Below, one piece after another: positions 27,461 to 38,156 of a stretch of 64,000 nucleotides of DNA. Source of the DNA: Thermoplasmatota archaeon (GTDB taxonomy: Archaea > Thermoplasmatota > Penumbrarchaeia > Penumbrarchaeales > Penumbrarchaeaceae); contig JARVGK010000012.1 in assembly GCA_029762535.1 (NCBI GenBank), positions 1 through 64,000 of the forward strand, given 5' to 3'. A program made the translations under genes and the position numbers. The notes under the pieces are model-generated. The model had not been told where the DNA came from. It ran no database searches and worked only from the letters and a program-made list of their open reading frames with translations. Position 1 is the stretch's first letter. Each line of letters opens with the position of its first letter.

Positions 27461-30400
27461 AAGGGATGAGGATGATAAAAGCGAGTAATGTGATCATTAT
27501 TTTGCTGTCCACTGCCATTATTCAGCTACTTGTCTTGCCAGGGCCCACCTCCCTGGGGGATCCGATCCCGGAGCAATCCTTCGGGGGCGGATCGGGGACG
27601 GCGGGGGATCCCTACGTCATCGAGGACGTGTGGGATCTCCAGAATATGAGCAAGGATCTCAGCGCCCACTACGTCCTCGGGAACGATATCGACGCCTCCG
27701 ATACGATCAATTGGAACTCGGGGGCGGGATTCGATCCGATCGGGACCAAAACGATCAATTTCAAGGGAAGCCTGGATGGAGAGGGACATTCCATCAACGG
27801 CCTGTTCATAAATCGTTCTGAAGAGGATTACGTAGGTTTGATCGATATATTATATTATGGAGGAAGGATCATCGATCTGAATATATACGATTCAAATATA
27901 ACCGGCGGATCCTATGTTGGAGGTCTGTCCGGGTATAACTTAGGTTATATTGAAAATTCGTCCTTTTCAGGGAGGGTCAGTGGTAAGAACTATACTGGGA
28001 TGATAACAGGATATAATATTGGAAGTATATCAGGTTCTCATACTTACGGGATCATGATCGGAGGAAATTATGTTGGAGGTATCGTAGGTTTCCAATATTC
28101 ATATTATCATTATTATTCTGGAAAGATCGAGAATACTTTTTCTGAAGCGAATGTGATAGGAAAATCGCATATCGGAGGGTTATGTGGTTCCAACACCGGA
28201 CCGATCATAGATTCTTTTTATACTGGAAATGTATCTGGCGATAAAGCTGTAGGAGGTATACTTGGCAGTATAGGAGAGGACGGATACGTCTCGAATTCCT
28301 TCTATGATGTGGATAATGTACTCATCAACGGTCGGAATCATCTGACCATCGGCGGATTGTTCCATGATGAGTATGAGGATTGGTTTAGAAACAATAGGAC
28401 CTTGAACATTTCACACTATAATGATACTTTGATACCTTCCGGAGACCATTATGAGATAAATGCTGTAGATGGAATGAAAAAATTGCTCGTTTTCTCTCAT
28501 ATCGAAGATTATAAGTTCAGATTGTCTTCGGACATAGATCTTATTATATTCCCCGGGCTACATATCCCTTTCTTTCGCGCAGCGGAATTCAATGGGAACG
28601 GATACAAGGTATACAACCTATGTCTGGATCAGGATTTTTCATATTATACTGGACTCTTTGGATTTAATTCAGGAGGTTTTATCTCAAATTTATCCATGGT
28701 CGATGTTAATGTGAAGGGTGATAATAATGTAAGTGGTTTGATAGGTTATAATCATAAGGGTGACGTCAAGGATATTCAGGTAAATGGAATCATATCTGGT
28801 AAGAATAACATTGGAGGTGTCATCGGATCAAATTATAATACGAATGTCATAAGCTCTTCAAATTTTAATGGAACCATAAATGGGGCATTCTCTGTCGGCG
28901 GTATTGTTGGTAATAATCTTGGAAATGTTTTCAATTGTTATTCATCTGTTAATATTTATGGACGGAGAAACAATATTGGGGGAATATGCGGGTCGAATAC
29001 CGGTTCGATCAAGAACTCGAACGTTTACGGGAACCTGAGTGGCGATCATAACGTCGGTGGAATAGTTGGATCGACCTCCGGTCCTGTCTCTTTTTGCAGG
29101 TCATATTCATATGCTACGGGAAACAGGTCCATAGGATGCATTGCAGGAACGAATACAGGAACTATATCGGATGTGCTATCGGAAGGATTCGCCCATGGTG
29201 ATCTATCTGTCGGTGGGATTTCGGGCAAAGCGAATGGACATATAATGAGGTCCAGATCTAAATCAAACATCGATGGTCGTTCATCTATAGGCGGAATTGC
29301 CGGAAACAGCAATCGGATTATCATGGATTGTGCGTTCTCAGGAAAGATTGTTTCGACCGGATATTCTTCGGGTGGAATAGTTGGGGACTTGCAGGGTTCA
29401 AATTGGGATAATTCCGGGTACGTGATGGATAGTGTATCCTCTGGGGAGGTAGATGGACATATTTCTGTCGGGGGAATAGCTGGTTACAGCAGCGGAACCA
29501 TCGTTGATTCATGTTCATTGACAAATGTTAGCGGTATTCTGCATGTCGGTGGCGTTGTCGGTTTGTACAGAGGAATTGTGAATAATTGTTATTACAATAT
29601 AGATAAGGTACTAATCAACGGCATACATCAGGTTACATATTGTGGCCTGTTCGATCGCCAGTATTTGGATTGGATCCAAAGCAATAAGGTTTTGAACATT
29701 TCGGATTACGGCGAATGGTTGGTTCAAACACATGATGGCTATGATGTGTCATCCATAGATGGATTAAAATATCTTCTCGGTTTTTCCCATGAAAATAATA
29801 TCCGTATAAGCATAATTGCAGATATCGATCTGTCCAATAAATATAATCTCCACATCCCATATTTTTCGGGAGAGGAATTCGATGGGAACGGTCACAAATT
29901 ATTGAATTTGACAGTAGACCAGGATTTCTCTAATTATCTCGGTTTGATAGGTTACAACGATGGCGGGACGATCAGGGACCTATCCCTCTTCCATCTGAAT
30001 ATTACTGGCCAAAGATATATTGGGGGAATTACAGGATACAACAACGGAGGAAAGATCACCAATGTATTGGTCGATGGTGCCATATGTGGAAAGGATGAAC
30101 ACACAGGCGGAATAGTCGGATACAATTCAGGCAACCTTCACAATTCTTCCTCAAGTGGAATGCTCTCTGGAAAAAATGTTGTAGGCGGTTTGATAGGAGA
30201 ACACTGGGGTTCATTGACGGATTCATATTCATCGATGAATATCAATGGCGAAGGGTCCATAGGAGTATTGGTCGGAAGAAATCATGGAAAGATATTCAAC
30301 TCATTTTATAATATAGATCAAGTTGAGATAAATGGAATGAATCATATTTATAGAGGGGGGATCTTCGATCGACAGTTCAACGATTGGATAACGAATGATA

Positions 30401-33400
30401 GATCACTTGACATCAATGATTACAAAGATTCACTTCCATTTTCGAGAGGGTTTTATGAGATATCGTCCGTTCAGGGGATCAGGGATGTTTTGGGCTTTTC
30501 GTCATCTGAAGGGCTGAGGTTTAGAATGGTTTCGGATATCGATCTCAAGGATGAGTCGGGTTTACACATCCCTCATTTTTCCGCGGAGGAATTCGATGGA
30601 AATGGTTTTACAGTATCAAACTTGAATATGGAAAATAATTTTTCAGAGAAGATCGGTTTTTTTGGAGAGGTGTCCAGAGGAAATATCAGAAACGTAGTTC
30701 TAAAGGATGTAAGGATAACCGGAACGAACCACGTTGGTTCGTTGGCGGGATCGAATAATGGCAACATATACCATTCATATTCCGAAGGTTCTATCTCGGC
30801 ATGGGACAATGTGGGCCTTTTAGTGGGAAGTAATTCAGGAACGATCTTGAATTCAAGAACGGAGGGAACCTTGAATGGAAGAAGTCGTGCAGGTCTTATT
30901 GCTGGTATGAATTATGGAGCAATTTTAGATTCATCCGTTGAAGGTATATTAAAAGGAAAGGACTTTATTGGGGGATTGGCCGGTGAGAATCGAGGTTTTA
31001 TAAATAGATCCTTTTCAACAACCCAGGTCAAAGGCAGTGTAGAGTGTGTGGGGGGCATATGTGGTATGAATACAGGATCGATCTCAGAAACCTGTTCAAA
31101 CGGAGAGGTAAAAGGTTCTGAGAAAGTAGGTGGTCTGGTGGGATATAATGGTATGTTCGGAAAAATTAAGGATTCATATTCAATATCATCGGTCGAGGGA
31201 AATAAGAATATTGGAGGTTTGGTAGGAGCCAATGAATTATATTCTTTAATATCGAATGTATATTCTTCAGGAAGGATTGTAGGCAATATGAATGTCGGCG
31301 CCATCACAGGATATAACGGTGGGACAATCAAGAACAGTTTCTGGGACAATGAGTCTTCCCTTCAGACCTCAAGCGCTGGAGGAATGGGTAAAAGCACATC
31401 GGAACTCATGAAAAACAAGACCTATACAAGCGCAGGATGGGATATGGATGACGTTTGGTGGATGATTGATACGGCCACGCGGCCAATATTGAGGATGGAG
31501 TGGTCTGAAAGTATATCCAATATACATCAATTACAGATGATGGCAGCTAATTTAAGCGCTGATTATGAACTCGTGAGCGATCTGGACCTATCATCGATCA
31601 CAGAAGAGTCGGAAATTTGGGGAACGAATCTTTCATCTGGTAAGGGATTTTTCCCAATAGGGGATATGAATGGACCATTTTTAGGCACCTTCGATGGTTT
31701 GGATTATGAGATCAAAAATTTATATATCAATAATGCCGATAAGGACAATGTTGGATTGTTTGGTTATATTGGGAAAGGAGGGGCCTTGACAAATGTAAAG
31801 ATATCTGATGTATATGTCATAGGTAATTCATATGTCGGTGGGATCGCCGGGTATATTTACTATGGATATTTGACTTTTTCATATTCGAAAGGATTTATTA
31901 AAGGAAATGAATATGTTGGAGGGATAACGGGCAGTCTATTGGGCACGACGATATCACACTCTTTTTCAGAAGGGAGCGTTAAAGGTCATGGTATCGTTGG
32001 AGGACTGGCGGGTTCGAATAATGCTGCTGGAGTGATATCGAATTCCTATTCCAATGTTGTATGTGATGGTATCATACGGGTAGGAGGTATGGTAGGATAT
32101 AATGCGGGTAAAATATACAATTCATATTCATCCGGGAGAGTAACAGGAAATGAGAGGATAGGCGGTATGGTCGGATCGGATTATGGGTTGGTAATATTGA
32201 GTTTCTGGGATAATGAAACATCAGGACAAACCAGCAGCCCGGGAGGGATTGGAAAGAATACTTCAGAGATGAAGATTAGAATAACCTTCTCAAATGCTCA
32301 TTGGGACCTATCAAATATCTGGTGTATTGCGGAAGGTTTGACATATCCACTTCTGAGGTGGCAGGATAAGGCACCTCCAATAGCCAATGCGGGAAATGAT
32401 ATAACCATCGACCAGGGAACGTTATTGAAATTTAACGGAAGCGCCAGCTATGACGATCTGATGATAGCTCAATTCGAATGGACATTTAATATCGATGATT
32501 ATGCGGTTGTATTATATGGTAAAGGTCCCACATATCTGTTCGATAGACCGGGGACCTTCCTGGTCACTTTGACCGTCATTGATGTTGTTGACCTTATCGA
32601 TAGCGATACCATTATAGTGAATGTAAGAGAGGTCGAAGGTTACGATCCGTTCCCTCCTGTTGCTAATGCGGGAAATGATATTATTATTGTCAATGGAAGT
32701 AAGGTTACTTTTGACGGCAGTGCATCTTATGATAATATTGGTATCGTCAATTATACCTGGACCTTATACGACAATAAAACGATCTTCCTTTATGGTGTGA
32801 ACCCAACGTATATTTTCAACTTTGTTGGATCATATTGTGTTACATTGAATGTAAGTGATGCTTGGGGGTCTTGGAGTGTCGATATGATCAATGTGACCGT
32901 CATTGAATTGCCATATGTCGATGAAACGTCTCCCATCTGCATAGCAGGATCTGATGTGGAGATTAATGAAAGAGAGAGAGTCTATTTCGATGGAAGAGGA
33001 AGCCACGATAACGTCGGGATCGCAAGCTATACCTGGACCTTCTTCGACGGGATCGAGGACGTGGTCCTTCAAGGGAGCACTCCCTCCCACATATTCACCG
33101 TTCCCGGAAGATACACCATAACTCTCACCGTCATGGACGAGGCGGGGAACTCCGGATCCGACACGATGACCGTGTCGGTTCGGGACATAACCCCTCCCAT
33201 CGCGAACGCCGGGGAAGATCTCGTAATTGATGAGGGATCCCCTGTCCAGTTCGACGGAAGCGAGAGCTCCGACAACGTGATGATAGTGAACTACACATGG
33301 ACCGTGATATCGGGGTCCCGAAGGACCTCCCTCTATGGCGTGGACCCTGTCCACGTCTTCGGGGATCCGGGAGTGTACGTCGTGACATTGGAGGTCCTTG

Positions 33401-33837
33401 ACGGGGCAGGTCTCACCGACAGCCATGCCATAATGATCACCGTTCTTGATGCAACACCCCCTGCCTCTGTCGCCGGTCCGGATCGGACCGTGGATGTCGG
33501 CACCCTGGTGATTTTCGACGGCAGCGGAAGTTCCGACAACGTCGGGATCGTGAATTACACCTGGACCTTCAACGACGGATCGGCCAATGTGATACTTTAT
33601 GGAATACATCCATCTCACACATTTTCGATCCCCGGGACATATACCGTCACATTGACCGTAAGGGACGAGGCGGGGAACGAGGGGATCGACTCATTTTCCG
33701 TGAATGTGATCGCCGAGGAAAAGGCAGATGACCATCTCGCCGCTCAGATCGCTGCCATGGTCATGCTGGTTCCCCTTTCAGTCCTTGTCCTCTATCTTCT
33801 GGTCCGATCGAAAAGGAGGAGGGGGCCCGAGGAATGA
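27448..33837 (+). CDS. Giant GLUG-repeat + 5 PKD surface adhesin-like protein, TM anchored
   Basis: 2129 aa; many GGI/LxGxN GLUG motifs, three copies of an internal ~105-aa block, five PKD units, C-terminal TM then RSKRRRGPEE. Start uncertain. Confidence 0.88.
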   Translation: MSMVEGMRMIKASNVIIILLSTAIIQLLVLPGPTSLGDPIPEQSFGGGSGTAGDPYVIEDVWDLQNMSKDLSAHYVLGNDIDASDTINWNSGAGFDPIGTKTINFKGSLDGEGHSINGLFINRSEEDYVGLIDILYYGGRIIDLNIYDSNITGGSYVGGLSGYNLGYIENSSFSGRVSGKNYTGMITGYNIGSISGSHTYGIMIGGNYVGGIVGFQYSYYHYYSGKIENTFSEANVIGKSHIGGLCGSNTGPIIDSFYTGNVSGDKAVGGILGSIGEDGYVSNSFYDVDNVLINGRNHLTIGGLFHDEYEDWFRNNRTLNISHYNDTLIPSGDHYEINAVDGMKKLLVFSHIEDYKFRLSSDIDLIIFPGLHIPFFRAAEFNGNGYKVYNLCLDQDFSYYTGLFGFNSGGFISNLSMVDVNVKGDNNVSGLIGYNHKGDVKDIQVNGIISGKNNIGGVIGSNYNTNVISSSNFNGTINGAFSVGGIVGNNLGNVFNCYSSVNIYGRRNNIGGICGSNTGSIKNSNVYGNLSGDHNVGGIVGSTSGPVSFCRSYSYATGNRSIGCIAGTNTGTISDVLSEGFAHGDLSVGGISGKANGHIMRSRSKSNIDGRSSIGGIAGNSNRIIMDCAFSGKIVSTGYSSGGIVGDLQGSNWDNSGYVMDSVSSGEVDGHISVGGIAGYSSGTIVDSCSLTNVSGILHVGGVVGLYRGIVNNCYYNIDKVLINGIHQVTYCGLFDRQYLDWIQSNKVLNISDYGEWLVQTHDGYDVSSIDGLKYLLGFSHENNIRISIIADIDLSNKYNLHIPYFSGEEFDGNGHKLLNLTVDQDFSNYLGLIGYNDGGTIRDLSLFHLNITGQRYIGGITGYNNGGKITNVLVDGAICGKDEHTGGIVGYNSGNLHNSSSSGMLSGKNVVGGLIGEHWGSLTDSYSSMNINGEGSIGVLVGRNHGKIFNSFYNIDQVEINGMNHIYRGGIFDRQFNDWITNDRSLDINDYKDSLPFSRGFYEISSVQGIRDVLGFSSSEGLRFRMVSDIDLKDESGLHIPHFSAEEFDGNGFTVSNLNMENNFSEKIGFFGEVSRGNIRNVVLKDVRITGTNHVGSLAGSNNGNIYHSYSEGSISAWDNVGLLVGSNSGTILNSRTEGTLNGRSRAGLIAGMNYGAILDSSVEGILKGKDFIGGLAGENRGFINRSFSTTQVKGSVECVGGICGMNTGSISETCSNGEVKGSEKVGGLVGYNGMFGKIKDSYSISSVEGNKNIGGLVGANELYSLISNVYSSGRIVGNMNVGAITGYNGGTIKNSFWDNESSLQTSSAGGMGKSTSELMKNKTYTSAGWDMDDVWWMIDTATRPILRMEWSESISNIHQLQMMAANLSADYELVSDLDLSSITEESEIWGTNLSSGKGFFPIGDMNGPFLGTFDGLDYEIKNLYINNADKDNVGLFGYIGKGGALTNVKISDVYVIGNSYVGGIAGYIYYGYLTFSYSKGFIKGNEYVGGITGSLLGTTISHSFSEGSVKGHGIVGGLAGSNNAAGVISNSYSNVVCDGIIRVGGMVGYNAGKIYNSYSSGRVTGNERIGGMVGSDYGLVILSFWDNETSGQTSSPGGIGKNTSEMKIRITFSNAHWDLSNIWCIAEGLTYPLLRWQDKAPPIANAGNDITIDQGTLLKFNGSASYDDLMIAQFEWTFNIDDYAVVLYGKGPTYLFDRPGTFLVTLTVIDVVDLIDSDTIIVNVREVEGYDPFPPVANAGNDIIIVNGSKVTFDGSASYDNIGIVNYTWTLYDNKTIFLYGVNPTYIFNFVGSYCVTLNVSDAWGSWSVDMINVTVIELPYVDETSPICIAGSDVEINERERVYFDGRGSHDNVGIASYTWTFFDGIEDVVLQGSTPSHIFTVPGRYTITLTVMDEAGNSGSDTMTVSVRDITPPIANAGEDLVIDEGSPVQFDGSESSDNVMIVNYTWTVISGSRRTSLYGVDPVHVFGDPGVYVVTLEVLDGAGLTDSHAIMITVLDATPPASVAGPDRTVDVGTLVIFDGSGSSDNVGIVNYTWTFNDGSANVILYGIHPSHTFSIPGTYTVTLTVRDEAGNEGIDSFSVNVIAEEKADDHLAAQIAAMVMLVPLSVLVLYLLVRSKRRRGPEE
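27592..27686 (+). repeat. Direct repeat copy 2 shared between the two GLUG genes
   Basis: Same 26-bp and 25-bp blocks as 24881-24975. Confidence 0.85.
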
Positions 33838-33843
33838 TCCCGA

Positions 33844-35643
33844 TCAGATCCTTCTGGTTCGGTCCTTCAACCATTTCCTGGTATCCGGATCCAGCCTTCG
33901 GGTGAGGCGGTGGTACACGTCCCTGTGATAGTTGTTGAGCCACTTCCTCTCTTCGTTGGTAAGGAGATGGACGTTGATAAGCCTCCTGTCTATGGGGGCC
34001 AAGGTTATGGTCTCGAAGCGAAGGAAAGTGGTATCCTCCGTCGAGAACTCCTCGTCCCTGACGACCACTATCACGTTCTCTATCCTCATGCCGTACTCGC
34101 CGACCTTGTAGAAACCCGGCTCGTTCGATAACACGTTCCCATCGGCGAGAGGGACGCCCGTATCCCGAGGAGTTATTCCCATCGGTCCCTCATGGACGTT
34201 TAGATAATGTCCGATGCCATGCCCCGTCCCATGATTGTAGTTCATACCGGCATCCCATAGCGCCCTTCTGGCGAAAGCGTCTATCTGCTTTCCTGAGAAC
34301 CCCTTGGGGAACCTCAAGGATGCGATAGCTATATGCCCCTTCAGTACCCGGGTGAAATGGTCCTTCTGCTCCTCGGTCACATCTCCGGTCGTCACCGTCC
34401 TGGTTATGTCCGTCGTGCCATACAGGTACTGACCGCCTGAATCGAGAAGGAATATCCCTTTGCCAACGGGGATGTTCGTCTCCTCCGTCGGCTCGTAATG
34501 TATTATAGCGCCGTGCTCACCGAACGATGCTATTGTTGAGAAGCTCGGCCCGATGTGGTCCTTGTTCTGGGCCCTGAACTCCTCGACCTTACGAGCGGCA
34601 TCGAGCTCGGTGACCGTTTCGCCCATCCTCAACGATCTCTCGAGCCATCGCAGGAACCTGCACACCGCGATCCCGTCATGTACGTGTGCCTTCTTGAAGC
34701 CCTTCAACTCTCTATCGTTCTTGATGGATTTGAACTCCACCACAGGGGACCTATCCCTTATCAGACCCTTCGCCTCGCCGAGCTTGAGCTCTATCCATTT
34801 GTTCGTGACCTTCTCATCGGTCCAGATCCTGCCCTTCTGCTTTCCCAACCCCTCGAGGAACATTCCAATGTCCCTGTAATCGTGGATCTCAACATATCTC
34901 TTGAGCTTCTTCCTCATCCTGGCGTTCACCTTTTGGAGATCGATGAAAAGATGGGACCTCCTGGGTCCAATGACAGCGTAGGATATGAACACGGGGTTGT
35001 ATTTGACATCGCTCCCCCGCAGGTTGAAGGTCCATGCGACGGCGTCCAGCTGCGTGAGTATCATCGATGTCGCATTGTTCTTCTTCATCCTCTCCCTGAT
35101 CCTCGTAAGCTTGTCAGGCATCGATTCTCCGGCGATGCTCGTGGGAAGTATTGAGATCGGGTCCGAAGGCAGCTTCGGTCTATCCTCCCAAAGCTCATCG
35201 ACGAGGTTCCTCTCGACATATCTGAACGAGATGCCCTTCTTGGAGAGCCGGCCATCCAGCTCTTTCGCCCTCTCCATGGACAGAAGCCTGGGGTCTATTC
35301 CTACCTTATCGCCCCTGGACAGTTCTTCGATGAGGAACTCCTCCATCTTGGGCACATCGGGCATCCCCATCCTGTAGAGGTCGATCCCCGATCCGGAAAG
35401 CTGCTCCTCGGCCTGAACGAAGTACCTGCCGTCCGTCCAGAGTCCAGCCTTGTCCATCGTGACGACGACATCTCCGGCGGACCCTGTGAAACGGGAGACC
35501 CACGCCCTTCTCTGCCAGCATTCCGGGACGTATTCGCTTTGATGTGGGTCCGTGCTCGGTATCAAATAGGCCGAGAGCCTCTCCGTCATCATCAGGTTCC
35601 TCAAGGCCTCGATCCTTTCAGATGTCCCTTTCATATTATGCAC
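33844..35643 (-). CDS. Xaa-Pro aminopeptidase (M24B, long three-domain type)
   Basis: DPHQSEY, FTGSAG, WTDGRY, DSGGQY..GTTDITRT, HGTGHGIG..LNVHEGP, SNEPG, RIEN. Confidence 0.95.
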   Translation of the reverse strand: MHNMKGTSERIEALRNLMMTERLSAYLIPSTDPHQSEYVPECWQRRAWVSRFTGSAGDVVVTMDKAGLWTDGRYFVQAEEQLSGSGIDLYRMGMPDVPKMEEFLIEELSRGDKVGIDPRLLSMERAKELDGRLSKKGISFRYVERNLVDELWEDRPKLPSDPISILPTSIAGESMPDKLTRIRERMKKNNATSMILTQLDAVAWTFNLRGSDVKYNPVFISYAVIGPRRSHLFIDLQKVNARMRKKLKRYVEIHDYRDIGMFLEGLGKQKGRIWTDEKVTNKWIELKLGEAKGLIRDRSPVVEFKSIKNDRELKGFKKAHVHDGIAVCRFLRWLERSLRMGETVTELDAARKVEEFRAQNKDHIGPSFSTIASFGEHGAIIHYEPTEETNIPVGKGIFLLDSGGQYLYGTTDITRTVTTGDVTEEQKDHFTRVLKGHIAIASLRFPKGFSGKQIDAFARRALWDAGMNYNHGTGHGIGHYLNVHEGPMGITPRDTGVPLADGNVLSNEPGFYKVGEYGMRIENVIVVVRDEEFSTEDTTFLRFETITLAPIDRRLINVHLLTNEERKWLNNYHRDVYHRLTRRLDPDTRKWLKDRTRRI

Positions 35644-35832
35644 AACCTTTTTATGCCCAATTACCGCCTTTTATATCTTTATTTTGGATATTATTAGCTT
35701 GAGCAACTATCATGGAAGGTCCGTTTGAGAACTCTGAGAGGAACAGGTATTCAATTATAGATGAATCTATATCCAAAATATGATTAAAGCGGTGATAAAA
35801 CGCTATATATCAATTCGTGTCATTACTGAAGC

Positions 35833-36060
35833 ATGTCTCGGAAAGGTCTCTGGTCCTGGATCGCCGTCGCGGGGTTGGTCCTTCTGATAATTGGCAGCTT
35901 CCTTCTGTTCATTCCTTATCTTGGACTGGTAACTCTCGGTCTGGGGACGATCCTCATGTTCATCGGCATCATAGCATTGATACCGATACTTATCAGGGAG
36001 ATGAAAAAGGACGACGCCGAGATGAGAGAGGCGATATCCGAGAGGGAGTTGAGACCGTGA
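35833..36060 (+). CDS. Small two-TM membrane protein
   Basis: Two hydrophobic helices with a charged tail; stop overlaps the GTG of the next gene. Confidence 0.7.
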   Translation: MSRKGLWSWIAVAGLVLLIIGSFLLFIPYLGLVTLGLGTILMFIGIIALIPILIREMKKDDAEMREAISERELRP

Positions 36061-36380
36061 AGGTGAGCAACAGGGACAGCATAGCGGGTTACGAGATAAC
36101 AGAGGACCTTGGTTTGGTCCGGGCCAACGTCGTGAGGGCCAAACACATAGGCAAGGACCTCATCGCGGGGCTGAAGAACGTGGTGGGAGGCGAGGTCAGG
36201 GAGTACACTGAAATGCTCTCCGAATCCAGGGAGATCGCCCTCAAGAGGATGGAGAAGAAGGCCGAGGAGATGGGTGCCGACGCCGTGGTCAACGTCCGCT
36301 TCATGACCTCGGCGATAGCGGGATCCGCCGCCGAGATCATGGCCTACGGGACGGCGGTCAGGTTGAGGAAGATAATATGA
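36057..36380 (+). CDS. YbjQ/UPF0145 family protein
   Basis: GKDLIAGLKNVVGGE..EYT.ML..SRE.AL.RM...A..MGADAVV.VRF...EIMAYGTAV; GTG start 36057. Confidence 0.92.
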   Translation: MKVSNRDSIAGYEITEDLGLVRANVVRAKHIGKDLIAGLKNVVGGEVREYTEMLSESREIALKRMEKKAEEMGADAVVNVRFMTSAIAGSAAEIMAYGTAVRLRKII

Positions 36381-36491
36381 AGCATACAAAAGATACATGT
36401 TCCCGTTAGTACATCCCCAAACATTGGACCCCGGTCCGCCCCAGCTTGATGGCATTTCGCTGGGCAGCGGATCCCATTCGGGAGATGACCC

Positions 36492-38156
36492 ATGAGGAGG
36501 ATATTGACCCTCGATCTGATAAGGGGATCGAGCATAATCTTCATGATAGGCGCCCATATGTTCAGGGACCTGTACGACAGTTCATGGGTTGGAACGGAGC
36601 TGGCCCATTCGAAGTCCCTTCTCGAGGTCATGTTCCTCTTTTTCATGACATATCTGGGCGGTTTCGCCGGATTGTTCATCATGGTGTCCATCACCTCACA
36701 CACCCTATCTATCCAGGGTCAGTTGGGGAAAGGGGCCGAACTGAGGTCCGTGATGGTCAGGCAGTTGGTGGGCGGGTTCATACTTCTCGCATTCGCGTTC
36801 CTGGTGGAATCCACCATAGGGCAGTATGGCTTCCTGGGCCGGATGGCCTATTTCGATCCCGCGGGTCCATTGACATTTGGCGAGGCCGTCGGTTCGAACC
36901 TGTCCCGCATATACTACAGGGGATTCCACTTCATGACGCTTCATGTGATAGCGTGGTCCATCATATTGAACACTATCATACAATGGATACTGTATCGGAA
37001 CGGGGGGGTCCATCGGATCAGGAGGAACGTTATCATCTACGGCGTACTGATCATCGTAACACTGATGTTGACCCCGCTCATGTGGGAACTGGCCGGTACG
37101 CTGGTACCCGGCTATCCTTTCGCAACTTATCCAGGTTCGTTCAGGAGGGTGCAGTATCCAATGGAAGGCGTCACAACGCCCTTTCAAATGGTCCTGCTGT
37201 TCTTCATGGGCCCACTGGCCGGCCAGACCGAACCATTGTTCCCCTTCTTCATCTTTTCATTGATAGGTGCGATCATCGGGATATACCTGGGCATGGACCG
37301 CCCGCCCCGGGCCTTCTGCGCGAAGGGCTTGATGATAGGGTCGATCCTGATCGTGACGGGGATCATCGGGACCTTTCTGTTCTGGAGGTTGGGATCGGAT
37401 ACTTGGTCCGATCTGATGGAGAACACTTTCATAATCATGAAGATGAACGGATGGCTTTGTTTGATAATGCTCGTCTGCGGAGGAATGCTGATCCTGTTCT
37501 TCGGAGCGCTTCGGCTGATCGAGTACAGAGGCGTCTCATACGAGATCGCGAATAGGTTCAGTTTCGTAAGGCGCTTCGCGGCCGCTTCCCTGACGGTGTA
37601 TACCTTTCAGTATCTGGATGCCATCCCGAGGTTGCTGCTTTCGAGACTGCCCTGGATCACGGTGGGGTCCAAGGGTACGGGATTGTTCACCACCCTGTTC
37701 GCCATACTTCTCGTTGTCGTCCTATGGGATCTGGTACTTCGCGTCTGGGCCAAGATGGGATTCGCGGGAAGCGTCGAATGGTCACTAACCCTCATCCAGG
37801 GGATGTTCGCTCGAAAGGACACTCGAAAAGTCACGGGGCGTAGATGGTATGAGGTCCCCAAGCTCGATCTGTTAAAGAAGGACCCCGGCATCGAATGGAT
37901 ACAGTATATTGAAAATGAGCGCGGTTCCGAAAGGAACGTGATCAAGGAATCCACTCTGGCCCGGGACCTATCTTTACTGGGGATCATCTTCTTTCCGATC
38001 TCATTTCTGGCATTGTGTATTTCCCTTCCTCTGATGAAAAAAGGTCACCGGAACGGGAGTTTGGTGTTCTCGATAGCATTGTCGAAGATCGGGATCGCCT
38101 TGGGCGCCGTGGAGTTGATCATACTTTCGTACATCGACAATCCGATCGTTACATGA
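36492..38156 (+). CDS. Polytopic membrane protein, DUF1624/HGSNAT-like acyltransferase N-terminus
   Basis: RILTLDLIRG..I.FMI..H start motif, PLFPF motif, more than 10 TM segments. Confidence 0.65.
   Translation: MRRILTLDLIRGSSIIFMIGAHMFRDLYDSSWVGTELAHSKSLLEVMFLFFMTYLGGFAGLFIMVSITSHTLSIQGQLGKGAELRSVMVRQLVGGFILLAFAFLVESTIGQYGFLGRMAYFDPAGPLTFGEAVGSNLSRIYYRGFHFMTLHVIAWSIILNTIIQWILYRNGGVHRIRRNVIIYGVLIIVTLMLTPLMWELAGTLVPGYPFATYPGSFRRVQYPMEGVTTPFQMVLLFFMGPLAGQTEPLFPFFIFSLIGAIIGIYLGMDRPPRAFCAKGLMIGSILIVTGIIGTFLFWRLGSDTWSDLMENTFIIMKMNGWLCLIMLVCGGMLILFFGALRLIEYRGVSYEIANRFSFVRRFAAASLTVYTFQYLDAIPRLLLSRLPWITVGSKGTGLFTTLFAILLVVVLWDLVLRVWAKMGFAGSVEWSLTLIQGMFARKDTRKVTGRRWYEVPKLDLLKKDPGIEWIQYIENERGSERNVIKESTLARDLSLLGIIFFPISFLALCISLPLMKKGHRNGSLVFSIALSKIGIALGAVELIILSYIDNPIVT

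Noticed and set aside
24881-27686. Near-identical repeats as a DGR template/variable pair
   Set aside because: Differences are not adenine-specific, both copies are N-terminal coding sequence of paralogs, and no reverse transcriptase is present.
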